The translations under genes and the position numbers were made by a program. From Phaeocystidibacter sp. (GTDB lineage: Bacteria; Bacteroidota; Bacteroidia; Flavobacteriales; Schleiferiaceae), in assembly GCA_965659725.1 (NCBI GenBank), contig CBFHXG010000009.1:1391-65390 (forward strand): a stretch of DNA of 64,000 bases, in the 5' to 3' direction. Position 1 is the first letter of the stretch; each line of letters opens with the position of its first letter. Positions 8,671-18,283 of the stretch are shown one piece after another. The notes under the pieces are model-generated. The model searched no databases, was not told the origin of the DNA, and was given only the letters and a program-made list of their open reading frames with translations.

Positions 8671-9183
8671 CTACTCTACCGTGATCTCTACCGTTGCACT
8701 CATCTGCTCACCATAGCTCTCGTGGATACCATTGGCAAATTGCATAGTTAAGGTGTAATTCCCCGGCTCAAGCTCCAATTCAGTAGAAGTAGAACCGTCA
8801 CCGTAGTGGATGTGCTGCTCATCTGCAGGAACCACATCTCCCTTTGAAATATGTCCTTTGTTGATGATGATGTGGTGGTGACCTGTACCGTTTACGATCT
8901 CACCAGCAGGCTTTACTTCCATTCCTTCAACGCCCATTTCTACTGAAACAGGAGAAGAAACAGTTTGACCATTTTCTAAGTTTACGAAGAATACATTTGC
9001 TCCTTCAGGAACCATCAAACGGGCCTCTTTCTCAGCATCGGCCTCAGTTGTGGACTCCGTATCGTTCATTTCGGTCTGATCGGTTGTTGGCTCTTCAACT
9101 ACTTCGTTGGCTTTCTCTTCGCCACCGTTACAAGCAATCGTTAACGCAAATGGAATGATCAGAAGTGATTTGTAAATTTTCAT
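8671..9183 (-). CDS. DUF4399-domain lipoprotein
   Basis: Lipobox LTIAC; GHHHIII, HIHYG.G and PG.YTLT.QFA motifs. Confidence 0.8.
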   Translation of the reverse strand: MKIYKSLLIIPFALTIACNGGEEKANEVVEEPTTDQTEMNDTESTTEADAEKEARLMVPEGANVFFVNLENGQTVSSPVSVEMGVEGMEVKPAGEIVNGTGHHHIIINKGHISKGDVVPADEQHIHYGDGSTSTELELEPGNYTLTMQFANGIHESYGEQMSATVEITVE

Positions 9184-9191
9184 AGATCGTT

Positions 9192-9698
9192 TTATTCGAA
9201 TGAAACAAGAATTTGATTTTTCTCCACGGCTTGTCCTTTTTCAACGGAAATCGACTTGATGACGCCTTCGGTAGGCGACTTAAGCACGTTCTCCATCTTC
9301 ATCGCCTCAAGTACCAACAAGGGGTCTCCCTCAGCGATCTCATCTCCAACTGAAACGCGGATATCAAGAACTAGTCCTGGCATTGGGGCTTTGACTTCAC
9401 CAACCTTCTGAAGTAAGGCGTCCGCCAATCCCATTCTCTCCAATAGGATATCAATATCATCTTGCATAGACAAATTGTGCTGGATGCCATTTACGAATAT
9501 CACAGCCGTTTTGTCCTTGCTATTGAATTCATGGATCTCTACTTCATAGGATCCATCACCGTATCTTACGTTGAGTCGGTTCGCATCTTGGCGCACTACA
9601 TCAAGGTTGTAGAGCTTGCCATTTACCTCACCCGATGTGGGATTATCGGCCTCCGGCTTCACCTGATACGTCTTATCGTTGGTTTCTATCTTCAGCAT
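9192..9698 (-). CDS. Biotin carboxyl carrier protein subunit
   Basis: APMPGLV...EAMKMEN biotinylation motif. Confidence 0.92.
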   Translation of the reverse strand: MLKIETNDKTYQVKPEADNPTSGEVNGKLYNLDVVRQDANRLNVRYGDGSYEVEIHEFNSKDKTAVIFVNGIQHNLSMQDDIDILLERMGLADALLQKVGEVKAPMPGLVLDIRVSVGDEIAEGDPLLVLEAMKMENVLKSPTEGVIKSISVEKGQAVEKNQILVSFE

Positions 9699-9740
9699 GC
9701 CTCAAAATTACTTATTTTTCGCGGCTCTATCAGAGTCCTT

Positions 9741-12227
9741 ATGAAGAAGATACTACTCCTTTTGCCGTCTTTATTGTTCTTTTCGGCCAATGGCCAAGAT
9801 CAATCGCCAAGTACACCTATTTACCGCGAGAGCGCTCCCAGGACCACAGATGTGGTGCATATGGATCTCAAGGTTTCCTTTGACTGGGACAATGCCTACC
9901 TAAATGGCGAGGCTACACTCACCCTCAAACCACACTTCTATGAGCTCGACACTTTTGTGCTCGATGCCCAAGGAATGGACATCCACAGCGTGATGTCCGT
10001 CAATCAAGGAAGCACTCGCAATCTTCAATATGCCTACGACGGCGTGAAGCTGCGCATCGCAACAGGTCGCACGCTCACTCGCAACGACGAAATGAAGGTG
10101 GCTATCGAATACACCTCCAAACCCAACGAGTTGATGGTAGAAGGTGGAAACGCGATCAGCGAAGCAAAAGGACTTTACTTCATCAACCCATCCAATAACC
10201 CTAAAGGTTGGATGCGCCAAGTGTGGACACAAGGAGAGCCGGAATCGAATTCAGCTTGGTTCCCGACGGTAGACGAGCCGAACGAGCGAATGACGCACGA
10301 GATCGCCATTACCGTACCTAATAACTACAAAACGTTATCCAACGGGAGACTCGATTTCAAGACCAATAACCGCGATGGTTCGAGAACCGACTTTTGGTTG
10401 ATGGATCAGCCTCACGCACCTTACCTAGTGATGATGGCTGTTGGTGAGTTTGCCGTGGAATCGGAAGAGTGGAATGGGATTCCCGTGAACTACTTCGTTG
10501 AACCAGAATATGCCGAAGTTGCAAAGCAAGTATATCCTCATACTGTTGAAATGCTCGATTTCTACTCAGAAGTATTGGGCGTTAGTTACCCATGGCAGAA
10601 ATACGACCAAGTAACGGTTCGAGAGTATGTAAGCGGCGCCATGGAAAACACCACGGGTGTGATCTTTGGCGATTTCATGTACGGCGATAGCCTCTCTTGG
10701 GCCGATGGAACCGGTGAAGATGTCGTTGCTCATGAAATGTTCCACCATTGGTTCGGTGATTACGTAACCTGCGAAAGCTGGGCAAACCTTCCACTGAACG
10801 AGTCTTTTGCGACCTATGGGGAAGTCCTCTGGAAAGAGCATAAGTATGGTCAGGATGAAGCTGAATGGCACGCGTACAACGACCTCCGAGCGTATATGTC
10901 GGAGTTCAACCGTGGCAAATCGGTAGACCTCATTCGATACGATTACGAATCGGTCTTGGGTATGTTCGACCGTCACTCCTACTCTAAAGGTGGACGTGTG
11001 CTTTTGATGCTTCGACATATCCTTGGAGATGAAGCTTTCTTTGAGGGCCTTCGAGTTTACCTGGAGAACAACGCCTACACCGCCGTAGAGATCCACGAAC
11101 TCAGGTTAGCCATGGAAGAAGTATCAGGCCTTGACCTCAACTGGTTCTTCAACCAATGGTTCCTCGATAATGGTCACCCACAATTGAAGATCGAACACAA
11201 TTACGACCGTGAAGCCGGAGAATATATCCTAACCGTTACCCAAACCCAAGATCTGTCGGATATGCCCATTTACCGTTTGCCGGTACGAATCGACGTGTAT
11301 ACGAGCTTAGGTGAGAAATCGTATGATGTTTGGGTCGATGAAGCGATTGAAGAATACCGGTTCGAGGTAATGTCAAAGCCTTTCTTGGTTCACTTTGACG
11401 CTGATCAGTACTTGTTGGCCGAGATCGATGATGAGAAACCTACCGATTATCTCCTTCACCAACTGGCTAATGGTCCTCGTATGATGGACCGCTACGAGGC
11501 TCTATCAGAGCTGGTGAACAGCGATGCCAAGGGTGTTCGAAAAGACCTCATTATTCGCATCGGTATGGAGGACGAATTCCGTGCTTTAAAGCTCTTCGCC
11601 TTAAATCATATTGAAGACCTGGATGCTGCAGGAAAAGAGCGCATCAAGACAAATGTGCAGGCGCTTCTAGATGATGAAGAGCCGAGTGTGCGTGCTGCGG
11701 CTTATTCCGTTTGGCACTCGGAATACAATGAAGGAGATGCTGCGTATTGGGAAGATAAAGTGGGGAATGAATCTTCGTACAATGCTATGTCCTCCGCCTT
11801 CATTGCTTGGTTAGATAACGATGAAGCATCGGCTGTACAATTTGCAAAAGCAAAGGCCATTACTACACGCGGCCGACTTTCCTCTACCTTGATCCGAACG
11901 TTATTGACAGATGTCAACCACTTGTCAAAAGAGGAAGTTATTGAGATGATAGATGCAGCTGGACCAGAATATCAGGCCACTATTTCACTTTGGTTACCTA
12001 CTTATGTTTCTCAATTGAACGATTCGGATAGAGACAACGTTTTAGAGGAGGTTTCCGAGGTCCATGAAGCGATATCAGAAGCTAAATCATACTTCTCTTA
12101 TGGCATTCGAATTGCTCAAAGAAGTGTACAAGGTAAATTGGAAGGTGATGATCTATCGGAATCACTTAAAAGTGAGTACGAAAGACAACTTTCCGTTTTG
12201 AACAACATGCAAAGCGACGAAGGATAA
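9741..12227 (+). CDS. M1 family aminopeptidase with C-terminal HEAT-like region
   Basis: GAMEN, HEMFH-x18-E, YSKG; signal peptide from MKKILL (9741). Confidence 0.92.
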   Translation: MKKILLLLPSLLFFSANGQDQSPSTPIYRESAPRTTDVVHMDLKVSFDWDNAYLNGEATLTLKPHFYELDTFVLDAQGMDIHSVMSVNQGSTRNLQYAYDGVKLRIATGRTLTRNDEMKVAIEYTSKPNELMVEGGNAISEAKGLYFINPSNNPKGWMRQVWTQGEPESNSAWFPTVDEPNERMTHEIAITVPNNYKTLSNGRLDFKTNNRDGSRTDFWLMDQPHAPYLVMMAVGEFAVESEEWNGIPVNYFVEPEYAEVAKQVYPHTVEMLDFYSEVLGVSYPWQKYDQVTVREYVSGAMENTTGVIFGDFMYGDSLSWADGTGEDVVAHEMFHHWFGDYVTCESWANLPLNESFATYGEVLWKEHKYGQDEAEWHAYNDLRAYMSEFNRGKSVDLIRYDYESVLGMFDRHSYSKGGRVLLMLRHILGDEAFFEGLRVYLENNAYTAVEIHELRLAMEEVSGLDLNWFFNQWFLDNGHPQLKIEHNYDREAGEYILTVTQTQDLSDMPIYRLPVRIDVYTSLGEKSYDVWVDEAIEEYRFEVMSKPFLVHFDADQYLLAEIDDEKPTDYLLHQLANGPRMMDRYEALSELVNSDAKGVRKDLIIRIGMEDEFRALKLFALNHIEDLDAAGKERIKTNVQALLDDEEPSVRAAAYSVWHSEYNEGDAAYWEDKVGNESSYNAMSSAFIAWLDNDEASAVQFAKAKAITTRGRLSSTLIRTLLTDVNHLSKEEVIEMIDAAGPEYQATISLWLPTYVSQLNDSDRDNVLEEVSEVHEAISEAKSYFSYGIRIAQRSVQGKLEGDDLSESLKSEYERQLSVLNNMQSDEG

Positions 12228-12259
12228 AGTAACTTTGTGACCAACAGAAACAAACACAT

Positions 12260-13585
12260 ATGCTGATTCAAATTGCCCAGTTCTTGCTCGGGCTCTCCAT
12301 ATTGATCGTATTGCACGAGTTGGGCCATTTTATTCCGGCCAAGCTCTTCAAGACCCGCGTTGAGAAGTTCTATCTATTCTTTGATTACAAGTTCTCCATC
12401 TTGAAAAAGAAGATCGGAGGTACAACCTATGGGATCGGCTGGATTCCTCTCGGAGGTTACGTGAAGATCTCGGGAATGGTAGATGAAAGCATGGATACCG
12501 AAGGATTGATGAAGGATCCAGAGCCATGGGAATTCCGTGCGAAACCAGCTTGGCAAAGGTTGATCATCCTCACCGGTGGAGTGATCGTGAACTTCTTCTT
12601 GGCCTTTGTTATCTACGCCGGAATGATGTCCTACTACGGTGAATCTTTCATTCAAAATGAAGATCTAAAGTATGGTGTAACAGTAGGCGAAGGTCTTCAA
12701 CAGATCGGGCTTGAAAGTGGAGACAAGGTAATTAGCATTGGAGGAGAAAAGATCCAGCGTTACGGCGACCTTAATAAATCCATCATTGTTGGTTTGGGAG
12801 AAGAGATCGTTGTAGACCGCAATGGCCAATTGATGAGCTTCGTGATCAGCAATAAGTCGATCGGCGAAGTGATCAAATCTGAACAAATCCCTCTCACCCC
12901 ACGAATTCCATTCATCGTAGGTGGTGTGATCGACTCACTCGGTGCAGCGAAAGGCGGGATAGAGCCCGAAGACAGCATCGTAGCCGTCAATGATCAGCCG
13001 GCCATCTTTTTTGACCAATTCGTCGATCAAGCTCAAGCGAATAAGAACGATACTGTTGCTGTTTCCTACTACCGCAATGGAATGCTCGACACTTCAATGG
13101 TATTCTTCAATGAGGAGGGCTTGGCTGGCATCGCTCCGGTACGCGACCTGTACCGATTCTTTGATATTACAGATACCGTTTACTCTGGTACGGCGGCCAT
13201 GTCGGCCGGTTGGGGTAAAGCCACTTCACAATTGAGCTACTACATACGTCAATTTAGAGTGATCTTCAGTCCTGAAACGGGTGCTGCAGGCCAACTCGGA
13301 GGCTTCAAGACCATGATGGAGCAGTATGAGGATGGAAGGTGGAACTGGGAGCGCTTTTGGGGTGTAACGGCCTTCATTAGCATCATGCTTGGGTTCTTGA
13401 ACATCCTGCCTATTCCTGCCCTTGATGGTGGTCACGTTGTGTTCACACTCATCGAAATGTTCACCGGAAGGAAGCCTAATATGAAAGTGTTAGAATACGC
13501 CCAAATGATCGGATTCTTCCTGTTGTTGGGGCTATTGATCTTCGCTAACGGAAACGACTTTGGTTTGTGGGACGCATTTAAGTAG
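12260..13585 (+). CDS. rseP: RIP metalloprotease RseP
   Basis: HELGH, PLGGYVKI, two PDZ domains, NILPIPALDGG. Confidence 0.95.
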   Translation: MLIQIAQFLLGLSILIVLHELGHFIPAKLFKTRVEKFYLFFDYKFSILKKKIGGTTYGIGWIPLGGYVKISGMVDESMDTEGLMKDPEPWEFRAKPAWQRLIILTGGVIVNFFLAFVIYAGMMSYYGESFIQNEDLKYGVTVGEGLQQIGLESGDKVISIGGEKIQRYGDLNKSIIVGLGEEIVVDRNGQLMSFVISNKSIGEVIKSEQIPLTPRIPFIVGGVIDSLGAAKGGIEPEDSIVAVNDQPAIFFDQFVDQAQANKNDTVAVSYYRNGMLDTSMVFFNEEGLAGIAPVRDLYRFFDITDTVYSGTAAMSAGWGKATSQLSYYIRQFRVIFSPETGAAGQLGGFKTMMEQYEDGRWNWERFWGVTAFISIMLGFLNILPIPALDGGHVVFTLIEMFTGRKPNMKVLEYAQMIGFFLLLGLLIFANGNDFGLWDAFK

Positions 13586-13608
13586 TCTCATAAGATCTCA
13601 TCGTATAG

Positions 13609-13639
13609 AGGGGATGCGCAAGTGCGTGTCCCCTTTTTT
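13609..13639 (+). terminator. Intrinsic terminator after rseP
   Basis: aggggatgcgc-aagt-gcgtgtcccct plus T-tract. Confidence 0.85.
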
Positions 13640-13751
13640 ATGCTCAGCAGAGGTGAACATGCAGGTCCCCTACTCCACTTCGTAAAAGTCGTTGATCGGA
13701 GGGTGGTGAGTGGCTCAGCACAGTGAGCTTTAAGGGGATTGGACGGGGGGT

Positions 13752-13934
13752 GCTGCCCGGGGCCAGCTCCCGCTGCCCCGTCTCCAAGGTACTCATTGTC
13801 TCCATAGCTATCCGTATGATATACGAGTACAAACGGCTACTAAACTGGTTTTCAGTATTGTTCTTGAGATCTCCAAACTTGGATAAAAATATCAGAACTT
13901 GATGCAGGGGCAGCGGGAGCTGGCCCCGGGCAGC
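13752..13934. repeat. Dispersed inverted-repeat (MITE/REP-like) element, copy 1
   Basis: Perfect 28-bp inverted repeat at 13752-13779 and 13907-13934; homologous copy near 36.73 kb. Confidence 0.85.
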
Positions 13935-14112
13935 GACTCCACCCCTAGCACTCCAGCAGACCCGCACTTCCTACTCCGTAAAGAACACATTCCCTACTCC
14001 AGATGAGTAAATGTCATGATCGATCTACCGGCAAAATGATCCTTGTATTTCTCAGGCTATTTACCGCCCATCTCCCTACACCTGATCAGCTTATCTAGCT
14101 TTCAAAGTATCC

Positions 14113-14147
14113 AAAAAAATAACCACGCTGTTGAGCGTGGTTACTTT
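14113..14147 (-). terminator. Terminator of the ECF operon
   Basis: taaccacgct-gttg-agcgtggtta with a 7-A tract on the left. Confidence 0.85.
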
Positions 14148-14181
14148 CGTGTTTTAGTTGATGTGAGAGACGACAAGCCCC

Positions 14182-15330
14182 TTACGGGTCTTGAGTGGCG
14201 ACGGCGATGAGAAAGTCGGCATCTTCCACTAGCAATGCCTCGCCATTCGCGCTTCTGAGGAGAAAAGAGCCTTTGATGTGTAGTTTGACAGTTGGACGAC
14301 CATTTAAGTCGTTTTGATATTCAGTTACTTCCTCAATAGTAATCGTTCCTGGGTCATGGTGTAGATCGGTCCTGAACACTTCTCCGAACTTGTCCGTATA
14401 CTCAACACGTACGGTATTCAACTGCATAGAGTCAACACGACTAAACGTATTCACCTCGTATCCAAAGTCTACGAGCGGAAGGGCCGGGCTGCCGTTCCCA
14501 AAATAGTCACGTACCGGAATCTCACGTGTTTGACACGTACGTCCGCCGCCATTGTGACGGAATGCAGCTTGAATGTCTACCTCAGCGCCATCCTCAGGGC
14601 TTGCCTTGTAGAGAAGGGTATCCCCTGTGCTGTTGTATTGATTATTTACATGCCAAAGCACCTGGGTTACATCACTCTGATACATTGGATCCAGATAACA
14701 TAGGAATGTACCGTTGGATAGAACCTCAACGTGATAGCTCGCTATGGCCTCAGGGTGACGAATATCCACACAACGGGAGGTTTCAATAAAGTCCACGTTA
14801 TTCGGTCGAATTCCGATAGTCACTACTGGCTGAACGCCGCTGTAATTCGTGCTATCGAATGGGAATGTTGGGCTTGGCTCCATCACCCTTCCACCAAACT
14901 GAAATCTCCAATAGTACTGCGGGTGAGTAGCGTCATCGGCTCCCAATACGATTCCCGGCTTGATCCCGATGAATCCATCCACTGGAACATAGGTAGTTAC
15001 CGCTTGAAGATTCTTTTCACCTAGGCTTAGAACCTCATACACGTCAACATTTTCGCCTTCTTCAGAATTGGCGAAACCAAATTTCCAAGACGGCTTTCCA
15101 ACTTCATTGGCATTGAGGTCGCCTACCATGTAAACGAGACCGTTCTCCATGGTATAGTCAGTATGCATGTAATAACCTTCATCACCGGCGGTCATAGAAA
15201 CTTCATTTCCATTCACCAATGCCGTTGCATGGAAGTCTGGATTAACATCCGATGGAGGTAGTGGAGCATCTTTGCGACAGCCCACGAGTGCTAAGACAGC
15301 AGCGATATATGTGATTACTCTGATCTTCAT
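14182..15330 (-). CDS. Hypothetical lipoprotein
   Basis: Lipobox LVGC; 4-nt overlap with the upstream gene. Confidence 0.75.
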   Translation of the reverse strand: MKIRVITYIAAVLALVGCRKDAPLPPSDVNPDFHATALVNGNEVSMTAGDEGYYMHTDYTMENGLVYMVGDLNANEVGKPSWKFGFANSEEGENVDVYEVLSLGEKNLQAVTTYVPVDGFIGIKPGIVLGADDATHPQYYWRFQFGGRVMEPSPTFPFDSTNYSGVQPVVTIGIRPNNVDFIETSRCVDIRHPEAIASYHVEVLSNGTFLCYLDPMYQSDVTQVLWHVNNQYNSTGDTLLYKASPEDGAEVDIQAAFRHNGGGRTCQTREIPVRDYFGNGSPALPLVDFGYEVNTFSRVDSMQLNTVRVEYTDKFGEVFRTDLHHDPGTITIEEVTEYQNDLNGRPTVKLHIKGSFLLRSANGEALLVEDADFLIAVATQDP

Positions 15331-16706
15331 AGTCCAAGCATATATCGAACACCCAATCGCAATTGGAGGTGTCTGTTCATTGATTCGGCCTGAGTGCTGA
15401 AGTTGTCATCAAGGCCCATAAGTGCTTGGGCGGTGATCCTCCAGTTTTCATTTACTCGGTAGGCGTAACCTAGCTGAAGACCATAGTCCCAGTTATCGGC
15501 TCCACCTTCCGTGATCACGGATCTATACTCTTCGGTTTGAGTTCCGTTATTCGTTTCAACTATGGATGACTCTGTAACTCCCACTTCGAGGAGTTTGTAT
15601 CCGACATATCCACCAAGTTCAAACTCATGGCTTTCAACCGCATACTGTAGGCTGATCGGCAATTCGAGGAAGCTGGTTGATCTGCTTACTGAAGTTCTTT
15701 CGATATACCTTGAGCCAAAGCCATAATCGAATGAGGTTTCTTTGATCTCCGCTCCAGAGCTTGATCTCTGTGAGTACATGAATCCAGAGCGAAGTGCAAG
15801 GTTTTCGGCAAAGGCGAACTCTACCGACAACCCACCATAGAATGCTGGAGTCCATCCGAGGTTGCCTTCTGAAACTTGAGCTGCTTGAGCACCTGCATCA
15901 AAACCTACGTTCCATTGTTGTACACGGTGACGAGGACGTTCGATTACTGCGTCAGATGATTCCGATGTAGTACTTTCTTCTGCGACCTCGATCTTCTCCT
16001 CGGTATCGGCGGTTTCTTCAGATGCATAATCAGCTGCGATAATTGCTGCTTCGCTTGATGTGATCGTTTCTACACTTCGGTTGGATACATCGCTTGAGCC
16101 CGACTCTTCAGATTCCGCGATCTGAGCGCTTTGGACTAAAACAACTTCTGAAAGTTGTGTTGTTTCTTGCTCTTCACGAGGGTTACTGGTAACGGGCTCT
16201 GCAGACTCCTCATCTACGCTTGCGTTGTACGAGTTACCTATCCCTTGATCCGCATAACTTCTATCAGAGTCTACTGAAGCTACGATACCTGCGGCGGCTT
16301 CGCTGCTTGACTCAGTTACATTATTGAGTTCGTCATTCTGGGATTGCAAACTGGTAGCACCTTCTGATGAGGATGGTCCATTGATCCCAAGGTTGTTAGC
16401 ATTGGCAGCATCCTCGATAGCAATGCTAGATGCGTCAACCTCGTTGCCTTCCGAATTGGATGGCCAGGCGATGATCTGCTCATTGGAAGGAGTGTACATT
16501 GGAGTATTGAAACCACTCCAAAGAGACACAGCCCCAAAGCCAATGAAGACGGCCGCGGTTGACCAAGCCATGATGGTACGTCGACGTTTGCGACGCTCAC
16601 CGGCAATAATCAGACGCTCCGCACCCTTCCAAGCTGCGGGGTTGAACTCGACGTTTCGTTCGTCGAATTTCTTCCGGAATAACTGTTCTAATTCCTTCTC
16701 CGTCAT
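15327..16706 (-). CDS. Putative anti-sigma-like protein: N-terminal TM anchor, acidic linker, C-terminal outer-membrane beta-barrel (PorT-like)
   Basis: Short N-terminal helix, RRKRRR then TM segment, S/E/A-rich linker, alternating beta-strands ending LRLGVRYMLGL. Confidence 0.7.
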   Translation of the reverse strand: MTEKELEQLFRKKFDERNVEFNPAAWKGAERLIIAGERRKRRRTIMAWSTAAVFIGFGAVSLWSGFNTPMYTPSNEQIIAWPSNSEGNEVDASSIAIEDAANANNLGINGPSSSEGATSLQSQNDELNNVTESSSEAAAGIVASVDSDRSYADQGIGNSYNASVDEESAEPVTSNPREEQETTQLSEVVLVQSAQIAESEESGSSDVSNRSVETITSSEAAIIAADYASEETADTEEKIEVAEESTTSESSDAVIERPRHRVQQWNVGFDAGAQAAQVSEGNLGWTPAFYGGLSVEFAFAENLALRSGFMYSQRSSSGAEIKETSFDYGFGSRYIERTSVSRSTSFLELPISLQYAVESHEFELGGYVGYKLLEVGVTESSIVETNNGTQTEEYRSVITEGGADNWDYGLQLGYAYRVNENWRITAQALMGLDDNFSTQAESMNRHLQLRLGVRYMLGL

Positions 16707-17266
16707 AACATTATACTCGCCACTTTAGTGACGAAGCCTTTCAACTTTTTTTTCAACGTTTTCCGTGCTGTGCTCAGGTGCCATTTAGAAGTACCTTCAC
16801 TGATGCCCAGCATCTCACCGATCTCTTTGTGATTGTATCCATCAATTACGTAGAGGTTGAAAACCTTCTGACTAACTGGTGGAAGATCACGAATCATCAT
16901 CTCCAACTCTTCTGCATCAAATTGACGGTCGGCCTCATTGTAATCCATCGAGGATACGGGCACATGACCTTCTAACTGATCGAAGAAAGCGTGACGATCC
17001 CTATTCTTCTTTCTGAACTCATCGATCACCGTGTTGATGGTAATGCGACGGATCCATGCCTCAAAAGGGGTTTCGTCGTGATATTTATCTAATCGAGTTA
17101 GGATCTTGTAAAAAGCGAGATTTAGCAGTTCTTCTGCATCCTCTTTGTTCTTCTCGTAACGAAGGCAAACCCCCATCAAGATCCCATAACAGCTACGATA
17201 TAACTCGAATTGAGCCGAGCGCTCGTGCTTTCTGCATCTGGATATGAGTTCTTTACTTATCTGCAT
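16703..17266 (-). CDS. ECF sigma-70 factor
   Basis: AQFELY, DAEELLNLAF, FEAWIRRI.IN and VFNLYVIDGY.HKEI..MLGISEGTSK motifs; start at MQISK. Confidence 0.95.
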   Translation of the reverse strand: MQISKELISRCRKHERSAQFELYRSCYGILMGVCLRYEKNKEDAEELLNLAFYKILTRLDKYHDETPFEAWIRRITINTVIDEFRKKNRDRHAFFDQLEGHVPVSSMDYNEADRQFDAEELEMMIRDLPPVSQKVFNLYVIDGYNHKEIGEMLGISEGTSKWHLSTARKTLKKKLKGFVTKVASIML

Positions 17267-17405
17267 CTCATCGTTAAAAGAAAATCCGGAGATCCAATGT
17301 ACGTAATCGACATAGATCTCCGGATCATCGAACAATCCACCTACTGAACAACTAACCTAACTTTTGTTCTGTATTAAAGGTCTCGGAGACTCTTTTCTAA
17401 TTGTA

Positions 17406-17431
17406 TAGACGGCGCCTCGACCAAAAGGGTT
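17406..17431 (-). promoter_or_regulatory. Candidate ECF-type autoregulatory promoter
   Basis: Minus strand AAC-N17-CGTCTA, matching the general ECF -35 AAC / -10 CGT pattern. Confidence 0.6.
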
Positions 17432-17524
17432 GGTATCACTCTAAAAAAATTTTCACTTTTTTCTCTATACGAGGAAATTGGATATGTGGTGGGCTGAAAA
17501 AGTGATCGTCATTTTCTATCTTCA

Positions 17525-18283
17525 ATGGACCTAACCCTATTCGTCTTGGAACATTACATCGTAGAGATCGGCTCTGGTCCTTGGATACTAGGCTTGACCA
17601 TTTTTGTGGCCATGGCTGTGTTGGTGGGTGTAATGGAGTATGTATTTACGGAAAAGGACCTGCGTGTAATCGAGATAGGCTGGGCCGCCGTATTGAGTTT
17701 CACACTCTTGTTCGAGCATGGCGTAATGGTTTATGAGGGCATATGGAGCATGAGATGGTCTCTGCCTCTCCAGCTTTGTTCCCTCAGTGGCCTGCTTGCT
17801 ATTTACACCTTGCTCTCCGGCAAAAAGACAGTCTTTTTGTTCCTCCTTTTCTGGGGGCTTAGTGGCGGGGTACACTCCATCATTACTCCTGAGATGACCT
17901 TAGGGGATGCGCCATCGTTCGTGATCATCTATTACATCTGGCATGCATCAGTGATCTTGGTTCCGATATACTTCTTCAAGATCAAAGGGTGGCGATTGCC
18001 CAAGCACTCTTTCCTCAAAGTTTGGGGATGGAGTCATGTACTGTGGTTATTGGTTGGATCGATTGACTGGGCCATAGGAGCCAACTACATGTACGTAATG
18101 GAACCGCCAAACGTGGAGAATCCTTTCGTACAGGGAGGGTTCCCAAATCACCTACTCGTATTTGAATTGGCGGGCATCCTCCATTTTGGATTGATTGCCA
18201 TTCTTTTCAAGAGGTGGGAGCATGTGCTTGATAACAACGAATTAGCCTCCCTTAACCCAAGGCAACATCAAGGACCATCATGA
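17525..18283 (+). CDS. TIGR02206/YwaF-like membrane protein
   Basis: LPLQLCS, HS(I)ITP, ANYMY...PP motifs; multiple TM helices. Confidence 0.8.
   Translation: MDLTLFVLEHYIVEIGSGPWILGLTIFVAMAVLVGVMEYVFTEKDLRVIEIGWAAVLSFTLLFEHGVMVYEGIWSMRWSLPLQLCSLSGLLAIYTLLSGKKTVFLFLLFWGLSGGVHSIITPEMTLGDAPSFVIIYYIWHASVILVPIYFFKIKGWRLPKHSFLKVWGWSHVLWLLVGSIDWAIGANYMYVMEPPNVENPFVQGGFPNHLLVFELAGILHFGLIAILFKRWEHVLDNNELASLNPRQHQGPS

Noticed and set aside
13644-13967. 107-aa ORF across the inverted-repeat element, and similar ORFs at 6668-6997 and 36782-37148
   Set aside because: Translations of repeat DNA with no protein-like features
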